Positions 1 through 17,690 of a DNA stretch of 64,000 nt are shown one piece after another. How positions within the stretch are numbered: the first letter of the stretch is position 1; the number at the start of each line of letters is the position of its first letter. This stretch comes from the human T2T-CHM13v2.0 reference genome, Homo sapiens. Below the pieces are notes generated by a model. It made no database searches and was not told where the DNA came from. It saw only the letters and a program-made list of their open reading frames with translations. The position numbers and the translations under genes were made by a program. Location: NCBI RefSeq assembly GCF_009914755.1, contig NC_060932.1; one strand, given 5' to 3'.

Positions 1-78
1 TATAAAAGTGAGTATTATTGTATTTTTACTTGTACTTCTTCCTCTTTTTATCTCATATGATTTAAAAGATAAATGCAT

Positions 79-990
79 CTTGGGGTTGCTCTTCTCAAGG
101 AGTATCTTTGTGGTGTTCTCTGTATTTCCTGAATTTGAATGTTGGCCTGTCTTGCTAGGTTGGGGAAGCTCTCCTGGATAATATCCTGAAGAGTGTTTTC
201 CATTTATGCACCCAACAAACATATGAAAAAATGCTCATCATCACTGGTCATTAGAGAAATGCAAATCAAAACCACAATCAGATATCATCTCATATCAGTT
301 AGAATGGCGATCATTAAAAAGTCAGGAAACAACAGATGCTGGAGAGGATGTGGAGAAATAGGAATGATTTTACACCATTAGTGGGAGTGTAAATTAGTTC
401 AACCATTGTGGAAGACAGTGTGGCAATTCCTCAAGGATCTAGAACTAGAAATACCATTTGACCCAGCAATCCCATTACTGGGCATATGCCCAAAGGATTA
501 TAAATCATTCTACTATAAAGACATATGCATACGTATGTTTATTGCAGCACTATTCACAATAGCAAAGACTTGGAACCAACCCAAATGTCCATTAGTGATA
601 GACTGAATAAAGAAAATGTGGCACATATACACCATGGAATATTATGCAACCATAAAAAAGGATGAGTTCATGTCCTTTGCAGGGACATGGATGAAGCTGG
701 AAACTATCATTCACAGCAAACTAACAGAAGAGAACAAAACCAAACACCACACATTCTCACTCATAAGTGGGAGTTGAACAGTGAGAACACATGGACACAG
801 GGAGGGGAACATTGCACACCGGTGCCTGTCAGGAGGTGAGGGGCTGGAGGAGAGACAGCATTAGGCGAAATGCCCAATGTAGGTGATGGATTGATGAGTG
901 CAGCAAACCACCAGGGCACGTGTATACCTGTATAACAAAACTGCACATTCTGCACGTGTACTCCAGAACTTAAAGTATAATAAAAAAAAG
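79..990 (+). mobile_element. 5'-inverted, truncated L1PA7-like LINE-1
   Basis: 79-202 is antisense L1 ORF1 sequence (matches the reverse complement of about 7284-7408). 201-990 is sense ORF2 C-terminus ([19 protein letters not shown]), 3'UTR and A-tail. Degenerate TSD AAGATAAATGCAT (66-78) / AAGACAAATGTGT (991-1003). Confidence 0.9.
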
Positions 991-1003
991 AAGACAAATG
1001 TGT

Positions 1004-2430
1004 AAAACAATAACTACAAACTTAATAGGCACACAAAATATAATGAGGCAATTTGAGAAAATAATAATGTAAGGAGGAGGAATGAAAATGTATAGAAGCA
1101 GAATTTTGTATGCCATTGAAGCAAAGTTAATATAATTTCAAAGTAGGTAGTTATAAGTTTAAGGTGCTAAAAGTAATCACGATGTTTACCAAATCTAACA
1201 TAGAAAAAAATAGGAAAATGCGGAAGCTCTTATCAGTAATTTCTTGACCTATAAATAGGTTAAACGCTCCATTTAAAAGATAGAGATTGTAATAATGGAT
1301 ACAAATACAGGTCCATCCATGTGATGTCTACAATAGACTTAACTAATATACAAAGACACAAACAGGTTGAAAAGAATATATTGTAACATAAAAATATATT
1401 CCATGCAAATAGTAACCAAAAGAGAGCTGGTATGGCTATAGGCCCAAGTAGACTTTATGTAAAAGATTGTTAAAAGACCCAGAGGACATTATACATTGAT
1501 AAAAGGACCAACCAATCAAGAATATGTAACAATTATATACACACACACACACTTATGTATGTAAAGAGCTCCAACATACATGGAACATAACTTGACAACT
1601 GAAAGGAGGAATAGAAGATTCTGAAAGAATAGAGATTTCAATGCCACACTTTCAATAATGGAAGAAACAAGTAGATTGAAGATTTGTTTTAATGACAGCT
1701 TAAACACTATACAACAATTACTTCTAACAGACATCATATACAGAACACTGCATTCAACAACGCAATACTCCTTCTTAACTGCACACGGAACAGTCTACAA
1801 GGTACACCAAATTTTAGGCCACAAAACAAGTCTCAATACTTTTTTTTTTTTTTTTTTGAGACAGAGTCTTGCTCTGTCACCCAGGCTGGAGTGCAGTGGC
1901 GTGATTTCGGCTTGCTGCAAGCTCCGCCTCCTGGGTTCACGCCATTCTCCCACCTCAGCCTCCTGAGTAGCTAGGACTACAGGCGCCCGCCGCTATGCCC
2001 GGCTATTTTTTTTTTTTTTGTATTTTTAGTAGAAACGGGGTTTCACCATGTTAGCCAGGATGGTCTCGATCTCCTGACCTCGTGATCTGCCCGCCTCGGC
2101 CTCCCAAAGTGCTGGGATTACAGGCATTAGCCACCGCGCCCGGCCAATACATTTTAAAAGATTAAAATCATCTGAAAAATCTCCAAACACAATGGCACGA
2201 AACTAGAAATAAGTAATAGAAAAAAATGAGAAATTCATAAATATGTAAATATTAAATATCACACTACGAAAAGGCCAATGGGTCAAAGAAGAAATTACAA
2301 GGTAAATTAGAAAATATTTAGAGTGGAATAAAAGCAAAAATACAATCTACTGAAACTTTTGGAATTCAGCAAAAGAAACCTACTCAGAGATTAATTTACA
2401 GTTGGAAATGCTCACATTAAAAAAGAACAG
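1004..2430 (+). mobile_element. Old L1M fragment (inter-ORF and ORF2 endonuclease region), host of later insertions
   Basis: Decayed ORF2 EN similarity, e.g. [37 protein letters not shown] versus IDIYRTLHPKSTEYTFFSAPHHTYSKIDHILG; many stops. Confidence 0.8.
1840..2145 (-). mobile_element. AluY
   Basis: Poly-T at 1840-1857, full dimer, AluY diagnostics GCAAGCTCCGCCTCC and TTCACGCCATTCTCC; flanking AATAC(T/A)TTTT. Confidence 0.95.
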
Positions 2431-2431
2431 T

Positions 2432-5400
2432 GGGTAGGAGGCAGAGCAAGATGGTCAAATAGAAGCCTCCAGTGATTGTACCCTTGACAGGAACACCAAA
2501 TTAAACAACTATCCACACATACAAAAATACCGCTTTATAAGAACCACAATTTAGGAGAGCAACCACAGTACCCAGTTTAAACACTTAGTTTTAACTAAGG
2601 AAAGAAGCATTGATGATGGTAGGAAAGACAGTCTTGAATTCTCTACACCACCCCTCTCCTATACCTTGGCAGCAGCCACATGATGTGAAGAGAGAATCTG
2701 TGCACCTGGGGGAGGGAGAGAGCAGTGATTGTGTGACTTTGCATTGAAACTTACTGCTGCCTTGTCACAGAAGAAAGCAACACTAGGCAGAACTCAGCTA
2801 GTGCCTGTAGAGGGAGCATTTAGACCAGCTCTAGCCAGAGGCAAGTTGTTCATCCCAGTGGTCGGAATCTGAGTTCCAGCAAGCCCTGTTACCATGGACT
2901 AAAATGTTCTAAGATCCTAAATAAACTTGAAAGGCAGTCTAGGCCACAAGGACTGCAATTCCTGGGAAAGTACTGGTACTCTGCTGGGCTGGAAGCCAGT
3001 GGACTCCAGGGTGGGAAGCAGAGTGCAACCTAGTGAGATATCAGCAGGGGTGGTCAAGAAAGTGCTTTTGTCACTCCTCTCCCCAATCCCAGACAGTACA
3101 GCCACAGCTCTGGGAGAGACTCTTTCCCTCTACTTGAGGAGAGGAGAGGAGAGGGAAGAGTAAAGAGGACTTTGTCTTGAAACATGGATACCAGTGCATC
3201 AACAGTAGAATAGGGCACCAGGCAAAGAGTCCTGAGGCTTCCAATCCAGGCCCTAGCTCCTGGACAACATCTCACAACACACCTTGGTCCAGAAGGGAAG
3301 CTGTTCCCTTGATAGGAAGGACCCAGTCGTAGAAAAATTCAACTGCTGACTAAAGAGCGCTGCGTAATCAGCAGTGATAATCATGCAGTACTTGCTGTGG
3401 GCCTTGGATGAGACTCAGAGCTGGGCTGAATTCAGGTGTGAACTAGCACATTCCTAGCTGCAGGAATGACTACTAGGAATTCAGAGACATCTATGAGAGA
3501 GATACTCTCTATTTGAGGAAATGAGAAAAAAGAGTAAAGGGGATGTTGCCTTGCGGCTTGGATACCAACTTAACCACAATAGGGTAGAGCATCAAGTTGG
3601 CTCCTGGGGTCCGCATTCCAGGCCTTGGCTTTTAGATGGCATTTCTGGACCTGCCCTGGGCCAGAGGGGAGCCTACTTCCATGAAGAAAGAGCTCAGAAC
3701 TGGCAGCATTTACCACAAGCTGACTAAAAATATCCTTGGATCTTGAGTGAACAGCATCAATAGCCAAGTAATACTCTTCATGGGTCTTAGGCAACAGTGA
3801 CCATAGGGAGAGACTCCTCTGCTTGAGGAAAGGGGAGGGAAGAGTGGGAAGGACTTTGTCTTGTGGCATGGAGGACAGCTCAGCCACAGTAGAATAAAGC
3901 ACCAGGTGGATTTCTAGGGCTTTTAACTCAAGGCCCTGGCTTCCAGATGGCATCTCCAGACCTTTCCAGGGCCAGGGGAACTTCCTGCCCTGAAGGAAAG
4001 GGCATAAGTCTGGCTGGACTTGCCACTTGCTGATTGTAGAGCCCTTAGTCATTTCTTGAGTGAACATAGGTGGTAGCCTAGCAGTGGTCACTGGGGGCCT
4101 TGGGTAAGACCCAGTGCTATGCTGGCTTCAGGTCTGACCCAGAACAGTACCAGTGGTGGTGGTCATAAGGATGCTTGTGTCACCCACACTGCAACTCCAG
4201 GCACATCAGCACAGGGCGAGAGAGACTCTCTTTGTTTGGGGTAAAGTACGGGTAATGCAAGGAATTTTCCTGGATCTTACCTAAGACCACCAAGGTGGTA
4301 CCTCTAGAAGTCTGCCAGAGCCAGCATTACTGGTCTTGGAGTATCCCCTAAAGCCAATATGGCTGCAGTGACCAAAAACTCAGATCACAACACTCAAGCC
4401 CTTTCAAATACCTGAAAAGCCTTTGCAAGAATGACAGGTAAAAAATAAGCCCAGACTATGAAGACTACAATACATACCTAACTTCTCAATGCCCTGACAT
4501 TGATGAACATCCACAAACACCAAGACCATCCAGGAAAACATGACCTCACCAAGAGAACTAGATAAGGCATCAGTGAGCAATCTGAAAGAGACAGAGAAAT
4601 GTGTCTCAGAGAACTCAGAGAATTCAGAATAGCTGTTTTGAGAAAACTCAACAAAATCCAAGATATCAAAGAGAAGGAATTCAAAATTCTATCAGATAAA
4701 GTTAAGAAAAAGATTGAAATAATTTAAAAGAATCAAGCAAAAATTATAGAGCTGCAAAATGCAGTTGACATACTGAAGAGTGCATCATAGTCTCTTAACA
4801 GCATAAATGATCAAGCAGGAGAAAGAATTAGTGAGCTTAAAGGCAGGCTATTGAAAATGCACAGTGGAGACAAAAACCAAAAGCATGCCTACAAAATCTA
4901 GAAAATAGCCTCAAAAGGGCAATCCTAAGAGTTACTGGCCTTCAAGAGGAGGTAGAGACAGAGATCTGAATAGAAAGTTTATTCAAAGGGATAATAACAG
5001 AAAACTTTCCAAACTTAGAAAAAGATATCAATATTCAAGTACAAGAAAGTTATAGAAGCAGATTTAACCAAAATAGGACTACCTCAAAACTTTTAATGAT
5101 CAATATCCCAAAGGTCAAGGATAAAGAAAGGATCCACAAAGCAGCAAGAGAAAAGGAACAAATAATATACAAAGGAGTTCCAATACATCTGGCAGCAGAC
5201 TTCTCAGTGAAAACCCTACAAGCTGGGAGAGAGTGGCAAGACATATTTGAAGTTCAAAAGAAGAAAAAATAACTCTTCTTGTAGAATAGTATATCCAGGG
5301 AAAATATTCTTGAAACATGAATAAGAAATACAGACTTTCCCAGACAAACTAAAGCTGAAACGTTTCATCAACACCAGGCCTGTCCTACGAGAAACGCTAA

Positions 5401-5850
5401 AGTTCTTCAGTCTGAAAGAAAAGGACATTAATGAGCAATAAGAAATCATCTGAAGGTAAAAAAATCACTACTAGTAGTAAGTACACAGAAAAACACAAAA
5501 TATTAAAACACTGTTATTGTGGTTTGTAAACTACTCACACCATTTATAGACAGACTAAAAAATAAACCTCTGAAAAATAATAAGTACAACAACTTCTCAA
5601 GACATAAGCAGTACAATGAGATGTAAATAGAAACAACAAAAAGTTAAAATGTGGGATGATGAAGTTAAAGTGTAAAGTTTTTTTAGTTTTCTTTTTGCTT
5701 CTTTGTTAGTTTATGCAATCAGTGTTAAGTATTCATCAATTTGAAATAATGAGTTATGAGATATTATTTCAAGCCTCATGGTAACCTCAAATAAAAAAAA
5801 TACAACAGGTAGCCACAAAATAAAAAACGGAGTAGTTAAAACATACCACT
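2432..5850 (+). mobile_element. 5' part of an L1M1/L1MA-type LINE-1 (long 5'UTR, decayed ORF1, inter-ORF), cut off at 5850
   Basis: Starts GGAGGCAGAGCAAGATGG (YY1-like L1 start). Decayed ORF1 at about 4490-5430 includes AAREK and LAADFS motifs. No ORF2 follows. Confidence 0.85.
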
Positions 5851-5857
5851 TTAAAGA

Positions 5858-6763
5858 GGGAGAGGAGCCAAGATGGCCGAATAGGAACAGCTCCGGTCTA
5901 CAGCTGCCAGCCTGAGCGACACAGAAGACGGTGATTTCCGCATTTCCATCTGAGGTACCGGCTTCATCTCACTAGGGAGTGCCAGACAGTGGGCGCAGGT
6001 CAGTGGGTGCGCGCACCATGCGCGAGCCGAAGCAGGGCGAGGCATTGCCTCACTTGGGAAGTGCAAGGGGTCAGGGAGTTCCCTTTCCGAGTCAAAGAAA
6101 GGGGTGACAGACGGCACCTGGAAAATCGGGTCACTCCCACCCGAATACTGTGCTTTTCCGACGGGCTTAAAAAACGGCGCACCACGAGAGTATATCACGC
6201 ACCTGGCTCGGAGGGTCCTACGCCCACGGAGTCTCGCTGATTGCTAGCACAGCAGTCTGAGATCAAACTGCAAGGCGGCAGCGAGGCTGGGGGAGGGGCG
6301 CCCGCCATTGCCCAGGCTTGATTAGGTAAACAAAGCAGCCAGGAAGCTCCAACTGGGTGGAGCCCACCACAGCTCAAGGAGGCCTGCCTGCCTCTGTAGG
6401 CTCCACTTCTGGGGGCAGGGCACAGACAAACAAAAAGACAGCAGTAACCTTTGCAGACTTAAATGTCCCTGTCTGACAGCTTTGAAGAGAGCAGTGGTTC
6501 TCCCAGCCCACAGCTGGAGATCTGAGAATGGGCAGACTGCCTCCTCAAGTAGGTCCCTGACCCCTGTCCCCCGAGCAGCCTAACTGGGAGGCACCCCCCA
6601 GCAGGGGCACACTGACACCTCACACGGCAGGGTATTCCAACAGACCTGCAGCTGAGGGTCCTGTCTGTTAGAAGGAAAACTAACAAACAGAAAGGACATC
6701 CACACCAAAAACCCATCTGTACATCACCATCATCAAAGACCAAAAGTAGATAAAACCACAAAG
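5858..6763 (+). promoter_or_regulatory. L1 5'UTR internal sense/antisense promoter with intact YY1 site
   Basis: CAAGATGGCCG at 5869-5879; CpG-rich. The junction CACACGGCAGGGTATTCCAACAG (6621-6643) is the short form lacking the 129-bp ZNF93-bound segment. Confidence 0.85.
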
Positions 6764-7780
6764 ATGGGGAAAAAACAGAACAGAAAAACTGGAAACTCTA
6801 AAAAGCAGAGCACCTCTCCTCCTCCAAAGGAACGCAGTTCCTCACCAGCAACCGAACAAAGCTGGATGGAGAAAGACTTTGACGAGCTGAGAGAAGAAGG
6901 CTTCAGACGATCAAATTACTCTGAGCTACGGGAGGACATTCAAACCAAAGGCAAAGAAGTTGAAAACTTTGAAAAAAATTTAGAAGAATGTATAACTAGA
7001 ATAACCAATATAGAGAAGTGCTTAAAGGAGCTGATGGAGCTGAAAACCAAGGCTCGAGAACTACGTGAAGAATGCAGAAGCCTCAGGAGCCGATGCGATC
7101 AACTGGAAGAAAGGGTATCAGCAATGGAAGATGAAATGAATGAAATGAAGCCAGAAGGGAAGTTTAGAGAAAAAAGAATAAAAAGAAATGAGCAAAGCCT
7201 CCAAGAAATATGGGACTATGTGAAAAGACCAAATCTACGTCTGATTGGTGTACCTGAAAGTGATGGGGAGAATGGAACCAAGTTGGAAAACACTCTGCAG
7301 GATATTATCCAGGAGAACTTCCCCAATCTAGCAAGGCAGGCCAACGTTCAGATTCAGGAAATACAGAGAACACCACAAAGATACTCCTCAAGAAGAGCAA
7401 CTCCAAGACACATAATTGTCAGATTCACCAAAGTTGAAATGAAGGAAAAAATGTTAAGGGCAGCCAGAGAGAAAGGTCGGGATACCCACAAAGGGAAGCC
7501 CATCAGACTAACAGCGGATCTCTCGGCAGAAACCCTACAAGCCAGAAGAGAGTGGGGGCCAATATTCAACATTCTTAAAGAAAAGAATTTTCAACCCAGA
7601 ATTTCATATCCAGCCAAACTAAGCTTCATAAGCAAAGGAGAAATAAAATCCTTTACAGACAAGCAAATGCTGAGAGATTTTGTCACCACCAGGCCTGCCC
7701 TAAAAGAGCTCCTGAAGGAAGCGCTAAACATGGAAAGGAACTACCGGTACCAGCCACTGCAAAATCATGCCAAAATGTAA
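6764..7780 (+). CDS. LINE-1 ORF1p RNA-binding protein, intact 338 aa
   Basis: MGKKQNRKTG...LQNHAKM; REKG, ARR and YPAKLS motifs retained. Confidence 0.95.
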   Translation: MGKKQNRKTGNSKKQSTSPPPKERSSSPATEQSWMEKDFDELREEGFRRSNYSELREDIQTKGKEVENFEKNLEECITRITNIEKCLKELMELKTKARELREECRSLRSRCDQLEERVSAMEDEMNEMKPEGKFREKRIKRNEQSLQEIWDYVKRPNLRLIGVPESDGENGTKLENTLQDIIQENFPNLARQANVQIQEIQRTPQRYSSRRATPRHIIVRFTKVEMKEKMLRAAREKGRDTHKGKPIRLTADLSAETLQARREWGPIFNILKEKNFQPRISYPAKLSFISKGEIKSFTDKQMLRDFVTTRPALKELLKEALNMERNYRYQPLQNHAKM

Positions 7781-7843
7781 AGACCATAGAGACTAGGAAG
7801 AAACTGCATCAACTAACGAGCAAAATGACCAGCTGGCATCATA

Positions 7844-11670
<3,827 letters not shown>

Positions 11671-14600
11671 ACAATGAGAACACATGGACACAGGAAGGGG
11701 AACATCACACTCCGGGGACTGTTGTGGGGTGGGGGGAGGGGGGAGGGGGGAGGGATAGCATTAGGAGATATACTTAATGCTAAATGATGAGTTTATGGGT
11801 GCAGCACACCAACATGGCACATGTATACATATGTAACAAACCTGCACATTGTGCACATGTACCCTAAAACTTAAAGTATAATAATAATAAAATAAAATAA
11901 AAAAATAGTGCCTAAAATCAAAAACAATCAAGGAACAAGATTATATGCACAATGTTGAGATGCATGTAAATGCCATCAGTCTGAAAGAGGTAAAATCATC
12001 TACAGAGTGGGAATTAGAGAGAGAAGGAGGACAGGAACTTATATTTTTCATGATAAGCCTTTTAAAATGATTGCTTTTTAAACTATTGTGTTTTGACACA
12101 TTTTAAATGTGCACATTTAATTTTGATTTAAAAATTAATTTTAAAGAATACCATAAAATATATACTCAATGTATGATAATAAAAAAAGCTGTAGTGAATC
12201 ACAATAAGCATATCATTACAGCTAAGGAAATAGTTTGCCCTGTCTTCTTGATTATTCCCATCATTCTTTGAAGGTAATAGATCAAATACATTTCTAAGAA
12301 AAAGAAAATTATCCCCCAGTAATTTCACTCTGCCTGTAATTTCATAGTGGGCACTATAAAACATAAAAGAAGAAAAGAAAAAATGAGAAATTAACAAGAA
12401 GAGCACTGGAGAAAGTTATTAACCAAAACAGCAAAAAATAGTATTTCAATAACTTTGTACTAATGTAGAACATGGCATGCTAGGAATAATAGCAGTAAAT
12501 TGCCCTATGGTAACACCTAATGATCATAAAGAACTGTAAGAAAAGTTTGACTGTGGACATGGGCAGGAAGTCAACTTAAGTCAACCAGCTGTGTGGATGT
12601 TCTTACTCAATGAGTTTCTTAAAAAAAAAAAGCTCAGATATTCAGCAAATACACACATAAGTCATAGAAATTAAACACCAAGAATGGCACCTGTTTGGAT
12701 AAATAAGGCTATGTTTTTGAAAGTAACCTTTCCACAAGTCAATAACAGAAGCTATGGTGAAATGTAAAAATTCACAATTCTACTTTGTTTCACTGAGTGC
12801 CCAATCAACGATTCATACAGTTGAGATGAATGTGACAAAACTCTTTATAGATAAATATATATGCCTAAGTTTATCTATATATATATGTCTTTGTGTGTAT
12901 ATACATACACAGATATATGCAAAGACATAAATAATCTTCCTTACAAAACATCAATAGATCATTTTCACAGGGAATAAGAGAGTACACACATAGCCTCCTA
13001 TGTTGGCTCTGAGACATCTAAAAAGCAAGACAGAGAGCATTAATCTTCCATTCAAAAATATATCCCTATAGAAAACTTTTGCAGTATATTGTCTCTTGTT
13101 CAATATATAGCCTAGTCAAAACTTATTTATATTGCTATTAAATGGCAAGGTTTTTTGTTTTTTTTTCCCTCCCTACAAATCGAGTGACATTTATCAGCAT
13201 ATCAAAAGCTGTTTAAGGTTAATATTTGACTAAGCATTAAATTAAAAAAAGCAGCACAAACCCATGAGACTTAAGATTTTCAATGTATTAGCTCTTGATT
13301 AGCACATCAGATAGAGGACTGCTGGGCTCTGTTGCTGAAAAAGCATTGTCATCATCTCTTCTCCCGTTTCCATGACAATAATATTAGAGATATAAAATTA
13401 TGAAAGAACTTCAAATGTCAGTTCTGTGCAGTTAACCGTGTTTCAATATCTGCCCCCAATTTTTCCAGTTAGGTTGCAAATACTACTCTCTCTGTTTCAG
13501 ACCCAGCTGAAATTTAATCAGGTAGAACTGGAAAAATTGCTGAATATTCAGATGTGATTAGGCATATATTACAATTTATCTTTAAATAAAGGTTTAAAAG
13601 AAACTCATTAAATTTTATTTGTCTTTAGGTATCTCAATATACAGTAAATAGGACTAGATCATCATTGTGAAGCTAAGGTATTTTTTTTCTTGTTTTTCCT
13701 CTGAAACAAATCTTCTTTTATTATATTTGCTCTAACCATATAAAAAAAGATACGATGTGTTAGATAAAGACTTGTGTTGTGTATAGAGTTGTCTAAAATG
13801 CCTGGCTTCCTAAAAGCTCTTGACATATTTACTAGAACAATTAATATTTGAGAGAAGAGAATCTTTGTCACAAACGCTGCCACTGGAGAAGGCAAGACTG
13901 TTTAAGAACATGAGACTGTTGGCTTTCAAATACACGGTTCTTCAAAGAGGAAATATTTTGGAAATAAGTAAAGTTTATATTTTCAGCAGCGACTTTCAGG
14001 GTGTTGTTTTTTCCTCTTGAACTGAGAACAGCAAGGATAACTGAGTGCTGTAAGAAAAACCTCCGAATAAAGGTCTGTCTCATAACCAAACTTTCTTAGT
14101 TTTCGGATCTCACTTTGCCTAGTTCAATATTTCTCTATCCATCAAAGAATAGCTTTGAATAACTTGATTTATTAGCATTATGGAAAGATGTTTTTCCTTT
14201 TTCCCCTTTTAATTTACACTAAGAATAGTAAAAGAAATAGCAGCTAATCCTTTTCAAAAGAAATGTCATTATTTCTTTTCAAAATATTTTATATAGTTTA
14301 TGACTCAGCCATAAATCATCATGCTCAATGAACAGAGAAACACTATTATGAAGAATCAGGAACAGTTGATGATCCAAAAGTTACAAATAAAAGTTTTATA
14401 TTTAAGATCTATGTTACAGGGATCAAAGATAAGAGAGTATAACTGATTTTCACTTCTTCCTCAACAACTAAAAAATCCTATTCTAAGCCCCAGTCAAGAA
14501 ACACCTTCTTTAAGATAGCCTTAAATTCCTGCAGTTAATTGTTCCCTCTGCTATGATTATGTCACAGTATTTTGTGGATTATTATCTACTATTTATATCT

Positions 14601-14679
14601 GATTTATTTTAACTCCTGTCTAGACCAGGAACTCCTTCACAGTCCTCGCCTTACTTTACTCATTTGTATATTCTTAGCA

Positions 14680-15700
<1,021 letters not shown>

Positions 15701-15788
15701 CAATGAATTGTCAGGTCATCCCCCAATACACCTGAGTGGTTTACCCTTCCCAATGTTTGTAATCAAATGAGAACCATCTCAGTGGGGC

Positions 15789-16052
15789 CACCAGGCACAG
15801 TGGCTCACACCTGTAATCCCAGCACTTTGGGAGGCCAAGGTGGGTGGATTACTTGAGGTCAGAAGTTTGACACCAGCCTGGGCAACATAGTGAGACCCCA
15901 TCTCTACAAAAAATTCAAAAATTAGCTGGGCATAATAGTGTGCACCTGCAGTCCTAGCTACTGGAGAGGCTGAGGTGGGAGGATCACTTGAGCCTAGGAG
16001 TTTGAGGTTTCAGTTAGCTATGATCATGCCATTGCACTTCAACCTGGGCAAC
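15789..16052 (+). mobile_element. AluJ-type element, 3' end eroded
   Basis: GGGCAACATAGTGAGACCCC and GGATCACTTGAGCCTAGGAG are J diagnostics. Confidence 0.85.
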
Positions 16053-16267
16053 TTATCTCCAAAAAAGATTACTATTTTCTTGTAATTTTTATCCTGTAAG
16101 TAATTCACTGGGATTCTGGAAGTCAAGGAGATTTGTAGAAGTGATGATAGTTGTTAGAAATGATTATTTAGAGAGGATTAATTTAATTTTATTAATAGGT
16201 ATACAGATTTGTACTTCTTACTCATCCCTTAAAAGCTGCTCTGTGTGTTCATTTGTTATGTATATAG

Positions 16268-16801
16268 TGAGAGATTAAATATAGAAATGGACAATGACCA
16301 GAGCATATATAAAATAGGATTCTCACCCACAACCTGCAATAATTAGTCCAGGAAATCAATCCATTATCTACATTAACGAGCCCAGAAAGCTAGCCTGCTG
16401 TTTATAAGCTAAACCTATAGGAAGTTAGATTTTTATCTCTAACAACAATCCGAGAAGCTGAACAGTAACAATTGGATCAAAATGTCTAGAGCTTAGTTAA
16501 TAACTGAAAGCTTCTCCAAGTTTTATTCCTGCTTTCAACTTATGCCCAACCACAAAAAACCAAATATGTGCTCCTAACAAATATAGACTTCTAGTTAGCC
16601 TGCTTACACCTACTCTCTGCTAAAAGCTCAATCAGTGCATATCTGAAACCTTCCCTTTTATCCTCTATGAAGCTTCCTTACTTGTCTGCCTACCTTTGAA
16701 TCTGCTAAAATGCCAGTGATGGTAGCTAAGTCCCTTGCTATAGCAAGTGCTGAATAAGTAGTTTTTGCTTCTTATTTGGTTATTCTTCATTTCTTTCTAC
16801 A
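16268..16801 (+). mobile_element. Solo ERV1-class LTR (MER90-like)
   Basis: TG...CA termini, 534 bp, 4-bp TSD ATAG (16264-16267 / 16802-16805). Family name from memory. Confidence 0.75.
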
Positions 16802-17029
16802 ATAGACTCTCTGTCGTCACAGGAGCCACAAAGAGCTAAATGTCCACTTACTACTTTTAGCTATATATCCATTTAATCAGGGTCTGAGATATTGAATAAA
16901 TGAGCTACTATGCTTTTGAGTTAATACGTATGTGAATGTATGTGTGTGAGAGAGAGAAAGAGACAGACAGAAAAGAAAAAACACACAGAGAGAATGAGCT
17001 GAGTATTTAGGAGTAGGAGGTTGACACTG

Positions 17030-17690
17030 CATTCATCAACTCATTTGTATTGAGTACCCACAGTGTGTCAGGCACTATGTAAGGCCTTTTTGATGTATAG
17101 TAGATAAACCAAATATCCTCATCCTCATGGAGCTTACATTGTAGAAAGAAACAGATAATAAACAATGAACATAATAAACAGATGAATTCAATAGTACTTT
17201 AGGAGATGGCAAATACTATTTAAAAAGACAAAGGTAAAGTAAGGAGGCTGTCAGAAGCCTAGGTAGGGAGTAAATTAAATAGGTGGTCAGGGAAGGCCAT
17301 GTTGTGTAAAGGTTATAGTTGAGCAGAAACTTCAAGAAGGGGAAGAAGAGTCAGATAAGCAAATACATCTGGAGGAAAGGTCTTTTTGGCCAAGAAGAGC
17401 TAAAACAAGGGTCTAAAAATGGAAGAGCACCTGGTGTGTGTGTGTGCAAGAAATAGCAAAGTGATGAGTATGGCTGGAGTTGAGTTGTCGAAGGGGAAGG
17501 GAATAGGAGATAAAGTCCAGAGGGAGTAGGGTGCATGTAGGGCAGAGGCAGAGAGAGATCTTAGGCCATTTTAAAGAAGTTTGCTTTTTGTCTGGTGGAA
17601 CCAGGCTTGTTGCAGAGTTCTGAAGAGACAAATGACATAAGTTTAAACTGACCCTCTGCAGCTGCACTGAGAATAGACTTTGGTGGGGAA
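17030..17690 (-). mobile_element. L2 3' fragment
   Basis: CATTCATCAAC...TATTGAGTACCCACAGTGTGTCAGGCACT followed by a typical purine-rich antisense L2 body. Confidence 0.75.
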
